Below are positions 1 through 11,835 of a DNA stretch of 64,000 nt, piece by piece. The stretch's first letter is position 1; the number at the start of each line of letters is the position of its first letter. A model generated the notes under the pieces. It saw nothing but the letters and a program-made list of their open reading frames with translations, was not told the origin of the DNA and did not search any database. Origin of the DNA: Octopus sinensis (Eukaryota); assembly GCF_006345805.1 (NCBI RefSeq), contig NC_043004.1, forward strand, positions 23,312,001-23,376,000, given 5' to 3'. A program made the translations under genes and the position numbers.

Positions 1-198
1 TTGTCCCAACAACATCGCTTGGCAACCGATGCTGGTGTGTTTACGTCCCCGTAACTTAGCGGTTCGGCAAAAGAGGCCGATAGAATAAGTACTAGGCTTA
101 CAAAGAATAAGACCTGGGGTCGATTCGTTCGACTAAAGGCGGTGCTCCAGCATGGCCACAGTCAAATGACTGAAACAAGTAAAAGAGTAAAAAGAGAG
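1..198 (+). mobile_element. SINE family A (tRNA-derived, CORE-like), 3' half
   Basis: Shares caaccgatgctggtgtgtttacgtccccgtaacttagc...ggcggtgctccagcatggcc...gaaacaagtaaaagag with 12 other copies in the window. Confidence 0.9.
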
Positions 199-804
199 TA
201 AAAGAGTATATATGTATGTATGCATGTATGTATGTATGTATGTATGTATAACAGCATCAACAGCAACTCCAGCATTAGAAATGACTATCGTCATTTCCTC
301 ACCTTCAACTTGTAGTTAACGTTTTATAAAGTTGTAATGAAAGTTGATATTTTAATCATCAAGGATTTGGGGGGATTAACGGTCCTTAACATATCAGAAT
401 TGTAATTAATTGAAAGTGTAATTAAAAGTTAATAGCATGAGTGAGTAATTAGTGCGTCGGCTATTAAATTTAAAGTTCGTTAGCAACAATCAACAACAAT
501 AACAACAACAACAACAACAACAACAGCAAAAACTTTGGTGCGCGCCTATTAATCAACATCGGTGTGACTTTTCCAGTATTAATGAACGCTGTTTGGTATG
601 GTGAATCTCTTTATGATACCTCTGGATTGACCTTATTGTTGTCATTCTTGTTGTTGCTGTTGTTCTCACACATATGCATTCATGCACACACTCATATAAA
701 CCTACACACACACACGTATTCATTTATACATATAGATAGATGCATACATACATACATGCACGAACCAATACACACACATAGAGTCGAAGTCATAAATATA
801 TACC

Positions 805-1033
805 TATTTCTTTACTACCCACAAGGGGTTAAACACAAAAGGGACAAACAAGGACAGACAAACGAATTAAGTTGATTATATCGACCCCAGTGCGTAACTG
901 GAACTTATTTAATCGACCCCGAAAGGATGAAAAGCAAAGTCGACCTCGGCGGAATTTGAACTCAGAACGTAACGGCGGACGAAATACGACTAAGCATTTC
1001 GCCCGGCCTGCTAACGATTCTGCCAGCTCACCG
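805..1033 (-). mobile_element. SINE family D, tail type 1, full length with TSD
   Basis: tRNA-like head, central ctttcatcctttcggggtcgat box, tail ...cccttgtgggtagtaaagaaata. TSD cataaata(t/c)atacc at 791-804 and 1034-1047. Confidence 0.88.
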
Positions 1034-1244
1034 CATAAATACATACCAATACACACACCCTAATCACCATAAATAACCATAAGTGAGTGTTTGTATATAT
1101 GTGTTAGTGTGTATATGTACAGGTAGACGTACAGATGAACATCTGTGGTGGATGGGGGAGGTACACTTTGCATGAGTACGTGGGGATGCTGAAACGTTTC
1201 TGGCTTTCGGTAAAAGAAAATCTCAGGAGAACAATTACTTATGA

Positions 1245-1520
1245 TTTTATTGACTGATAGACGAAAACTGAAAGAAGCCCATCGTATATATGTATATATA
1301 TATGTGTGTGTTTGTGTGTCTGTGTTTGTCCCCCCAACATCGCCTGACAACCGATGCTGGTGTGTTTACGTCCCCGTAACTTAGCAGTTCGGCAAAAGAT
1401 ACAGATAGAATAAGTACTAGGCTTACAAAGAAAAAGTCCTGGGGTCGATTTGCTCGACTAAAGGCGGTGCTCCAGCATGGCTACAGTCAAATGACTGAAA
1501 CAAGTAAAAGAGTAAAGAGA
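1245..1520 (+). mobile_element. SINE family A, 5'-truncated
   Basis: Matches family A from gacgaaaactgaaagaagccc to gtaaaagag. Confidence 0.88.
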
Positions 1521-1639
1521 GTTTATATATGGTGAATTTATCCTATGTGCCCTTATAAGAAAGATATTTGTCTATTTTTAGTATATAGAAAATCATATTT
1601 TAACATCCATATTTTTCAGTACAATAAATCATTAACTAT

Positions 1640-2450
1640 CTTATCAGAAAAATTGTAAACCAACCAAAATTTAACAAAAAGGTTATTTCCAACATGCCGG
1701 CAAAGTTTGACAATTTCTCATCCAAAAATAAAAGTATTCTAAGAATTCAAAATGTATCAACTTTATTATGTCTTAGAGATAGCTGTTTGAACAAAGTAAC
1801 CGCGCTCAGCTTCCAGCACGCCCTAAATACAAACCCGGAAGATAGTACATGCATTCCTCACTGTATCATGGGAAAGTCTTCGATCATCTTGATCAGCTCG
1901 GTCTTGATGTTGAAGGTAGAATGGGTGTTGCCTTCCTCAAGCGCGCCCCACAAATAGAAATCCATGAAATTACAGTCGGAGGAAATTAGGACACCAGAAA
2001 TTGGGACTGCTAAAGTTTTATAAAGCTTCCAACAACCACTTGTGGATCTTTCAGGAGGTATGGCAAGGGATCGAATCCTGTTGCTGCGCATATATCCTTC
2101 CAGCACCAACTCTCTCTAGTCAGGGCTTGACCACAATCTCCAGTAGCTGAACGGAACCTAAAGTGCGATTCGAAACGCCTGTTGTGTCCCTTCACAACTT
2201 GTAGTTTCCGTTGCAGCTGCCCATGTCACATCTTACAGTTTTGAAAATGTCCACAGAGTATTGAGCAGCTGTCGTGATGTCGGCATTTTGATATTTGGTG
2301 CGAATCATCATGATACACGTAACTTTTTTCCGACATTCAAGTGGCTTCAGGTTCTCCATGTCAGCCATCATTTTCTCAACTTCTACTTTAATCGTTATGT
2401 TCTTCAACGACGTTGATAGTACACCAATATATTAAGCTGTTCCTGAAAAA
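1640..2450 (-). mobile_element. Decayed Tc1/mariner-superfamily (maT/DD37D-like) transposase relic
   Basis: Minus-strand frames give QQDSIPCHTS...SSDCNFMDFYLWGALEE...TVRNAC, similar to the elements at 19.4 and 29.4 kb. Contains stops and frameshifts. Confidence 0.55.
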
Positions 2451-2869
2451 AGAGTCATAAAATATCGTCAAATGTAACCCGAATATCCTATACATTCAGT
2501 TTATCACTTTTATCGTTTAGTATCAAACCGTATAACTGCTTTGCCTGGACCCTAGCCACAGTACAGTTTTTATTCGCCTTCTGATGCAATATGATTTGAA
2601 GAGGAAACTTCTTGGAACTAATTATATAATATGATTGAAGCATCATTGAAATGGTATCCATCGTAATTTTTTGTTACGCTATACTTAGATTTCTATTACC
2701 CATTCTGTTTTCATCTTAAATTTCTGTCACTTCCTCGCCGCCATCCCACTCCCCTCTAATGCATATTTCCAGTGTTGATAACTTGGAAATCTAGTGAATT
2801 AAATTATTAAATTTTTTTCCCTATTTTTGCCTTTTCCTTCGATTATAATTTACTGTTCCGTTAGGGTAA

Positions 2870-3040
2870 GACCAACAAAAACGTATTCCATCCAGTGAGA
2901 GATAAATTAGATTTAATATATTCAGTATTTTATATTCGAGCTACTATTAGTTTCATGCTGTTAAAACACAACAAACTGACAACCTTGTGCAACATGCCTT
3001 GTGTTTACAAACAATCTTTCAGACTCAATTATATATGGCC
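2870..3040. repeat. Unclassified interspersed repeat, second copy at 48770-48925
   Basis: Both copies share tccatccagtgagagataa...ttcgagc..c.attagt...catgcc.tgtgttt.caa...tctttc.gactcaa. Confidence 0.7.
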
Positions 3041-3336
3041 TGTATAAAATAAGTACTACTAATAGTTTCTGACCATTAAGAAACGTGGTTAAGCAGTTTT
3101 TATAACGTGCTTTGTATCTCCAAGCAATCCACGGGCTTTGAGCACATGATATGTTTTGTCTGAAAATTAGGATGCTGCTACATGAGAAACCGCGAGAAAG
3201 AGCAAGATAAAGGTTGATGCAAACGTATAATGAGAAGACAAACTATGGATAAAAACGGAAAAGAAAGGAAAGGAAAGAAAAGGAAAGAAAGAAAATGCTT
3301 AAACAGAGAGAAATCCAAAGGCTATGAGACAGCAGC

Positions 3337-3700
3337 TCAACACGAAGAGTGTGGTGTCCTCCAATTCGCCAAAAGAAATTTGTTCATATGCTTGCATTTA
3401 TTGAAAAGTTCGGATCTGAAATTAAGTAGTGTGATGGAATTCTTGGATCTGAAAATAATGTTCGATCTTTCTGTTACGCATAAGTTGCATTTCTTAGATC
3501 CATTTACATATGGCATGGATCCTTCCACGATTCTCCACTTGATTGTATGTGCTGTGAATCTGGTTTTCCAACCCTATACGTAGCTACAACTTACTAGCTT
3601 TACTTTTGTTGATGCGCCGGAAAGAAGATTAATGGTTTGTATAAGACTTTTTAAAATAGCCTTCGCATAAACTGATTTAATTTTTCTTGCCAGTTATCTT
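3337..3700 (-). mobile_element. Penelope-like element, GIY-YIG C-terminal fragment
   Basis: PYVNGSKKCNLCVTERSNII...LLNFRSELFNKCKHMNKFLL fits the PLE C-terminal C.LC..EK...LLN.RSE...C.H..KF pattern. Confidence 0.72.
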
Positions 3701-3813
3701 AAAGTTTTTTTTCTTTTCACTGACCCCGATTGATCCAACGTACATAGCTACATACGTACGTACATACATACATTCATACATAATTATATATTATGTATTT
3801 CACTTCATTTCAG

Positions 3814-3885
3814 GACATCCTGGAGAACGATGAAATAAAACTCGACTGGATGTTTAGATACTCCTTGATGCAAGATATTGTCAGG
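3814..3885 (+). CDS. Receptor guanylyl cyclase (natriuretic peptide receptor-like), kinase-homology-domain exon A (72 nt, phase 0-0)
   Basis: ttcatttcAG|GAC...AGG|GTaagt. Translates [24 protein letters not shown], matching the [18 protein letters not shown] motif of NPR-A/B-type guanylyl cyclases. Joins in frame to exon B. Confidence 0.93.
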
Positions 3886-3983
3886 GTAAGTACAACCATT
3901 ACTACTGTTCTTGTGTATAGATTCTGTACGATAAGATAACGAAGAAAAACATGATTTCGTAAATGTAATTGTGTGTGTGTGTA

Positions 3984-4274
3984 CCGCAATGGCCTAGCGG
4001 TTAGGGCAGTGGACTCGCGGTCGTAGGATCGCGGTTTCGATTCCCAGACCGGCGTTGTGAGTGTTTATTGAGCGAAAACACCTAAAGCTCCACGAGGCTC
4101 CAGCAGGGGGGGGGGCGATCCCTGCTGTACTCTTTCGCCACAATTTTCTCTCACTCTTTTTTCTGTTGGCCTGCTCGCTTAGCCTGCTGGGTGGCGTCAT
4201 TTGAAGGCTAAAATAATGTGAAGCGCATTGTGACCAGCGATGTATAGCAATATCTGATAGTCTGGTTGGTCACG
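3984..4274 (+). mobile_element. SINE family B (tRNA-like head), tail X
   Basis: A/B-box-like head tggcctagcggttagg...gtttcgattcc. Head and body shared with 27176-27560. Confidence 0.8.
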
Positions 4275-4401
4275 AAAATATATATATATATAATATATTA
4301 TATTATATTATATTGTATCATATTATATTATATTATATTATATTATATTATATCATATCATATTATATTATATTATATTATATTATATTATATTACATGA
4401 C

Positions 4402-5760
4402 ACAGAGAAACAATTTCAATATAATTTCTGTTGGGTTTGCTTGTTCACTTGATTTTGACTGAAATTGACATGCTGATTTCAAAACTACACACCATTTTGT
4501 TATATCACGTCACGATTTTTACTTTTTAACAGTTTACTCTCTGAATAATCAGAATTGTATTATTTACCCATAAGTAATAGGGCTGATCAGTCGTTTTTAT
4601 TATTTTATTGATAACACTGGGGAACATTTTCGACAAGAAAAGTTGTCTTGCTTTTTACAATTATTCCTACCTCATTTAGTGATGCTGGGTTCAGAAATGC
4701 CCACAGAAATTTTCTATCACATCATTTTTTTTTTATGGAAGGGTTAAATAGGAATTCAATTTTTTTACCGAAAAATGTCAATTTTGTCAGTAAATGCAAT
4801 ACTGAGATAAGAAACTAACACAAACCAAATTGTTGCATTTATTACTTAACAGATATATTACTCAAACGTTTAATTACACATCTTATGAGCTTCAAGGAGT
4901 GAACTTTCCATTTACTACTTTATATGAATAACTTATATCACGACAGCTTCTTTGCAGAGACCAGCAGTAGTCAGGCATCATGCTTCTTTTCCACCCGCCT
5001 TGATACCTAGTCTCCATGGTCTTGGTGCCTTGGTGGAATCTTTCCCCTTGCTCATTACTTATTGCACTATGATGTTCAGGGAAGTAGTCCAGATGAATGT
5101 GCAAGAAATGCACTTTTACACTTATGTTGCTGGCCAGTGCTCGAAAACTGGTGAACAGGGTCTGCACACGTTTTTCGTGGTTTAATGACTTCCTATTTCC
5201 CAGGAAATCAAATGCAGCTTCAGCAACTTTTTTTACAATGCCATACATGGCCTCCAAAAACTGCTCGTCATGTAATAGCCACCTAATGTGTGCCCCATCA
5301 AACACACCAATCTTAATTTTCTCAGTGTTTCAACATGCTTTACACAGGATATGGTATGTATAGTTTTAAACACTATATTGTGCCACCCAGTTTCTTGCCA
5401 AAGTAAGGTAAACTTTCTTCAAAATATCTGTGATTTTATTTCAATACCTGGGTACAGTGTAATATGCACAAATACAGCAAAAGTCATCAGGGCTGGTTTG
5501 TATTTTCTCCTCTCACAACTGACCATATTTCTGAAATACAAAACATATATTCAAGCCAGTTGTCACTTGAGGAAAGGATTTTCAGAATTGTAAGCAAATG
5601 CAGATTTGTGGTGGCAAAGTTCCATTAAAGAGTCTACATATGATGGAGTTCTTTTCGCAGTTCTTTGACTATGCTTGACAAGCAATAACTTTAACCCATG
5701 TGACATCACAATAAAAACAGTAAGGGCGCATTCAAAATACCAGTTTTCATAAAAAAATAG
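4402..5760 (-). mobile_element. Chapaev3-like (CMC) DNA transposon relic, transposase C-terminus
   Basis: KIGVFDGAHIR...FLGN...SVKVHFLHIHLDYFPEH...SNEQGERFHQ...METRYQG.W...MMPDYCW, plus CAC-starting terminal-like sequences at 4402 and 4615. Superfamily assignment is from memory of the motif. Confidence 0.62.
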
Positions 5761-5794
5761 ATAAAGGAAAATTACCCTTGTATTTGAAGACTAT

Positions 5795-5990
5795 GGAAAT
5801 ATTTTTTAAAAACATTTCATTTAATTTTTTTCTCAATTTAGTTGTTTTTCATACTTTACCCTAAGTTGAAAAAGTCGCAAAGTCTGAAACCGGTACTAAA
5901 ATATTCTTCATGATAAAATTATTTTAACATTTTCCACCTTGTTTTATTTTCCTTTTATATATCAACATGTGTTCCTTTTCAACCATCTAC
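5795..5990. repeat. Unclassified ~200-bp repeat, second copy at 16715-16915
   Basis: Both copies share gaaaccggtact.aaat...ataaaatta...cattttc.accttg...gtgttccttttcaacc.tctaca. Confidence 0.7.
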
Positions 5991-5994
5991 ACAA

Positions 5995-6055
<61 letters not shown>

Positions 6056-6058
<3 letters not shown>

Positions 6059-6677
6059 ACGGCATATGCCCCCTATACCACAACAAGTTCTGGAATAGGA
6101 GGGTGGGGAGGGCATTTAAGAAAACGGCATATGCCCCCTATACCGCAACAAGTTCTGGAATAGGGTGGAGAGGGCATTTAAGAAAATTCTACGTGCAACT
6201 GGCCTCAAAATCAAAGTTGTACAAAAGACATGTAGAATTATCAAATCTGTATTAAGTAAGTCATACCCATTTGATAAAATCACGTGTCGGAATAATTATG
6301 TAGTATGTTCTACACACTCACATTTGAACTGCAAAAAGAAAAACACTGTATACCAGATTAAGTGCCAGAAAGGGACTTGCGCGGTTATCCCAGAGTCCTA
6401 TGTTGGTGAGACAACTAGGAGCATCAATGATAGGTTCGAAGAACACCTAGACAGCTATATTAAAAAAACACCAAACTCCATCTTTTATCAGCATGCTGTA
6501 AACTGCCACGATGGCTCTGTGGGAAGACTTAGGTTAGATATCCTATCTACACATGCCACTGGTGCAATGCTGAGACAAGTCACCGAAGTTGTCTGTATAC
6601 TGGAATACAAACCTACCCTCAACCGTAAATCCGAATGGGGTAACAACCAGATTCCACTCGGGAGTACCCATCTATAA
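6056..6677 (+). mobile_element. Penelope-like element 3' part with an uninterrupted 170-aa GIY-YIG endonuclease frame
   Basis: ORF 6165-6677 contains NTVYQIKC...YVGETTRSINDRFEEH (GIY-YIG) preceded by a Cys/His cluster. The 5' end carries a ~66-68-bp tandem duplication. Confidence 0.85.
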
Positions 6678-8599
6678 TCACCCCTTTCTCTCATTTACAT
6701 CAAGAAATTCGTACATACATGTTGAGAAGCATGATACTGAAATACATACATGTAATTATATATAGTCTTATGATTGCACATAGATTAGTATGTATGAATA
6801 TATGTGTAGATATATGTATATTTTAGCGTGCTTGTGTATGTGTGTGTATATGAGGTTGTATATGCATGCATGTATGGGTATGTGTGTATATATAGATGTA
6901 TGCAAGTACGTATATATGTCTATGTCAAATACAAAAGGCAGCTCGAAGTTTTGTTTGTGAACAGGTCGCGGTTTCAAAGCAATGAAAATATTTTGACACA
7001 CATTAAATTAAAATGTTGAAGTGAATGTTATATATATGTATGCGTGTGTGTGTGTGTGTAATGTTACAAATAATTTGACAGACTTGTCGTAACCACATAT
7101 TCTCAAAATACACACTTAGTTCCCAAAATACCTGTATTTCGGTTTTATTTTTGTGCCAATCTTAAACTGCTTGTTATAGTTATTATTGTTGGTTTCAGCC
7201 CCATCTATTCCTTTATCAACAAAACTTTATTTTTTTCTTGTTTTATTATCATCGCACCTCGACCACAGTAACAAATTTGTCCTTTTCTAAGGTTGTAGAG
7301 CGTCATTTAGGAGTTATTTGGCTGTTATTTCAGGCATGATGCGCGAACGAATATGAGAGCTCTTTTGTTGGTTCCATGTTGATTTAATTGTAGGAATAGC
7401 ATGCACAATAGTCTCTGGCGTTCACTCTTTCCATTGCTAATGAAGCGTCTGTAGTATTGACTACCTCTCACCTCACTCCACCTAAATGGCCCGACACCGT
7501 ACTAACTGAGCCGTCAACACCGGCTTGCAACCTCTACACGTCTAGACATATAGAACAACTATTTTATAAAAGATAAACTCTTTTAGTTTATCTTCCACTT
7601 CTAACATTTTTCACCTCCAATTTTGTATTCACTCCTCTTCTCTCCCTCTCTTACTCTCTCTCCCTCTCTTTCTCTCTCTCCCTATCTATCTCTTTAACTC
7701 TCTGTCTCTCCTCGTATATACTCTACCCTCTCCCACTTGCACTACCATCCCCACCATCGTACCCCACAAACACTCTGACTCACACCTCATTAGTCCATTA
7801 CAATATTATATCACACCATTAAACTATCACACCTTTTATAACCGCTGTTCTTTCACACGTTACACGGCCTTTTATTCGGTAACTTGCTTGTCTCAGACAT
7901 TGAACTGCGACTATTCTGGGGTACCGCCTTTAAGGGCTTTTTTCTGCGATAATATCGATCTCATGTACTTATTTCAATATACCACTTATTAAATATTGAT
8001 CTCCATCTATCGTATTACGAGGTTAAGTGGCTTGACATTAAGCTAAATATTTTCTTACCGGATTATGCCGGTAAACATAAGTACGGACATAGAAATATGT
8101 ATATTATATTGTTATCCTATATCATATTATATCATATTATATTTATATGCATATAATATATTATATTTACATACACACACACGCACGCACGCACACTCAC
8201 ATATACATATGTGCCCTTCAGAACCAAATTTAGTAATCACAAGTCCTCCTTCAATATCCAGTGGACGCAAAATGTTACAGCCGTATCAGGCACATATGAT
8301 TATTGGAAGAAAGTTCACGGATCACAACATAATGTGAAGTGTACTGGAAAAGTACAAAACTTAGTCCTCTGGCAGTGAGAGATGCAGTCTCTATGTTGCT
8401 GAGAAAAGCATTATACTGAAGAATTCTCTTCACTCGGACACTAATTCAAACTGTAAGAGCAAAATTTCCGGTCTTGCCCTCATGAATACAGATTATGTCC
8501 TTGAATCCTGGAGGACCGAACCCTGAATATAAACGCTAGGAGCTTCCACCATCGGTTTTTCTCATCACCACAGTCTGAGTTTTTGACATAAAGTTTGGC

Positions 8600-9235
8600 A
8601 CACTCAGCTTATTACAATTAAATACATACATATGTATATACACATCCACACATGATTACAAGATTGACCCTGCTCATCACCACTTTCTGTCCCCACTGTA
8701 CAGGTATTTACCTCATACACTGTTTTGACACTGCCTGATCCCTTTCCAAGATACATAACTCTAACGATCAAAATTTCCTCTCTGGATTTTTTTTCATGGA
8801 TTTTTCGTTCCCGTTTCTTACGACACCTGCAAACCAGGTATAATACTACTTTCTGACCTCTAGTGGTAAAGAGACAACATCACATTTTTCTTACTAATCC
8901 TTCTGATAAGAATGGACCTCCATCAACATAGCCATACCTGCAGACCAAAATACGAGAAGGTCGGGAAGTCCCAAAACCTAACATTGGATGAAATCTGCAT
9001 CCATAGAGCCTCGAAGGTGAATGTGATACTTATCATGATCGTTGTACTTGGGACGGTCTCAAAGAAAGCAATATTCTGGCATAAAAAGCTACGAATACCA
9101 AACTTCATAGGAAGTATTTTGTTGGCAGTAATACTTGGAAGAACACTTGTTAAAGAAAAGTTTTGTGTCTCTAGCTGCGGGATGGAGCTGAGACGTGATA
9201 TATATAACTCAGAAGATAGGATAATAATAATAATC
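8600..9235 (+). mobile_element. RLE-clade non-LTR retrotransposon 3' fragment ending in (TAA)n
   Basis: Decayed CPHC..H knuckle, INIAIPADQN, and KVNVILIMIVVLGTVSKK...AVILG (RLE C-terminal pattern). The 3' end runs into taataataataat. Confidence 0.6.
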
Positions 9236-9239
9236 CTTT

Positions 9240-9382
9240 CTACTATAGGCACAAGGCCTGGAATTGAGAGGAGAGGGATAATTGATCGCATCGACCCCAG
9301 TTTTTGACTGGTACTTAGTTTATCGACCCCGAAAGGGTGAAATGTGAAGCCGACCTCGGCCGAACTTGAACTCAGAACGTAA
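9240..9382 (-). mobile_element. SINE family D, tail type 2, 5'-truncated
   Basis: gcacaaggcc...atcgaccccag...tggtactt...atcgaccccgaaagg...gacctcggc.gaa.ttgaactcagaacgt. Confidence 0.75.
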
Positions 9383-9425
<43 letters not shown>

Positions 9426-11619
9426 TAATAATAATAATAATTTCTGACTCTCGCATAATCCCAGCAATTTAGAGAGTATAGAGTGTGTCAATACTTGACT
9501 AATACTTCATTTAAACGAACCTAGATCGATGTTGACCGCGGCGGGATTTGAACTTAGAATGTGAAGAGCCAGAAGAAATACGCAAGGATTTTTATATTCC
9601 GAATATTTTCTTTGAGAGGCCACAAGATCCTCGCATATCATATAAAATGCTTTATACAAAAACATGTACGGGTACACAAATGCGGTCAAGGCACCCTCTT
9701 TGGTTTATTATCATTTGAAATGGTCACGGTTGGATCAGAGCTGTGATGCTAAACAACAATGACTACGATAAAGATGCGTCTTTAAACTAGATTCTGCCCC
9801 CCCCCCACCATCACCACCAGCAATAACACTTCAGTAATAAATATCTGACCATTTTACAGTGGTTCTATGAATAATTTAGCTGAATGAATCATTTCCAAAG
9901 AAAACACTTTAATATTGATAAATGCTTCCGAATGTAGAACTAAATTATTGACCAGACGAGTCTATCAGGTTATTTCTAGTATTGTCTATTAGCATTTACA
10001 CTTTGTCTTCATTAAAGGCCAAATGTTTTAAACCAAAACGGTAATTTAAATGATTGCCTTTGAAATACATTGTTAATTAGACGAGACATTTCCACCGTAG
10101 ATAAATTTCAAGAAGTTTTCATTAATCGTTTAATGAGATCTCGTATAAAAGTACATCGGTCACCATTTACCTTTTAAATCTTCAAGATAATTGAAAGTTT
10201 CTTAATTTGTTCTATTAATTTCTGTGGTTGATTAATTGGTTTAGAGAGTGAATTTCACTGCATCGATTACTGCTGCTATTGCGATATAAGATGGTGCCAC
10301 TTTGACGTAGTACTTCGATGTTAAGAACTTTGGTTTTCTTTGAGTTAATCTTAAGAAATGTAATATACCTCATCCCAAATATATGTCTTGGCATTTCTGC
10401 AAACATTATGAGTAGTTGCCAGAAGTTTCAATAACTTCTGAAGCCGGAGCGAAAAGTTTAATATTTGTTAAAGCAACGATTGAAAATATTGGAGATGGGC
10501 CAAATACGAAAGAGACACACACGCTTCGAATTATAATTGCCAGAGCTGATTAGTAAATGAATAAAGCTATTATGTGATATTGCGTGTGTGTGAGCTAATG
10601 AATTAAGGTTAAATGATATTCTAACTAAAGAGACACATATATATAACAGGTAGAGACAGTAGTTCGATTTTCATTACTGATCCTGCATTTAACTCCGACT
10701 GTGATGAAGACATTTAATACTGATCACGTCAATCCATTTAGATACTTTTAAAGTTTACTTAACAGGAACTCAATCTAATGTAAATGGGCACTATAGTGGA
10801 CGAGTGTCAATTTACCACCTTAATTAGCAAATGCACCATCTTCATCTGATCATAAGTAAACACAATATAACGCAAATGCCTTCTAATTTCGAAGAGATTT
10901 TTAAGAAACATTAGTAAGAGAATCCACTCAGACTCAATCTGTCTGAAGAACTGTAGTCAAGTCAAGCTAACGCTACTATGTAATGAGCAAATTAAAACCG
11001 ACAAAACTGTTTTAGAACTTGAGGAAATAAACAGTTAATGGAAGACGAAGCTAATCTTAACCAGGAAGTCAGTCTCTCCCATAAGTAATTTATCCAACTA
11101 CATTTATAATGGACAATGAAATGAAAGGAGGAAATAACAATTAATTTGTCTAGAAACTGAATGGAACACCAACAACTGGTTTTGTATCATAAACTGGAAA
11201 TTGGCTGCTCAAAGCTTTGTCCGCCCAACCATTTCATCTTTACATTCAAGAGATGGTTCTGGCTCTCAAAATTCATGTCCTACACTCACGAAGGTGATCA
11301 CGAAACATTGGCTAACGTTAAGATTTTTGATAGTGTACCTTGAACTTTTTCTTCAAGTATACTGTGAAACTAGTTGTAATATTTGGATTTGTGCTTTCAT
11401 CTCGTTTTCTACTTTATTTTATCCATCCTGAAAAATAAAATTAAAAGACAAAATTGGATCCAATAGAATTTGGAACCAGAAGACTTTATTTCCAAGTTAT
11501 TTTAATATCAGAAAAATAACATGTAACATCAGGTTCCTGATATTTTATGTGAGAACTAACGTAAGAATAGTTCTTCGCAAAAGTAGCTATCGCCGCTTGA
11601 AAAGGGTAGGCTATTATAA

Positions 11620-11835
11620 GCCGCCTCTACGAAGGCGATGAATTTGCGGGACCGTTAGCACGCTGGATTAAATGCTTAGCTGTATTTCTTCAGGTTCTGT
11701 ACATTCCTACTTTAGTTTCCGCTGAGGCTTTTTTTTATTTTTGGAGTCGATAAAACAAGTACCAGTTGAGCACTGGGGTTAATGTAATTGATTTCTTCCC
11801 GCTCCAAAAATTTTAGGCCTTGTGCCTATAGTAGA
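11620..11835 (+). mobile_element. SINE family D, tail type 2, decayed
   Basis: aaggcgatga...cgttagcacgc.ggat.aaatgcttagc...gtcgataaaacaagtaccagttgagcactgggg...ggccttgtgcc. Confidence 0.7.

Noticed and set aside
1-3813. Search for the preceding exon (expected ...EYC.KGSL.)
   Set aside because: No matching frame with splice sites found. It probably lies upstream of the window.
3984-4060. tRNA-like sequences here and at 27176, 52273 and 52958
   Set aside because: They are SINE heads continuing into repeat bodies, with no complete cloverleaf or acceptor stem.
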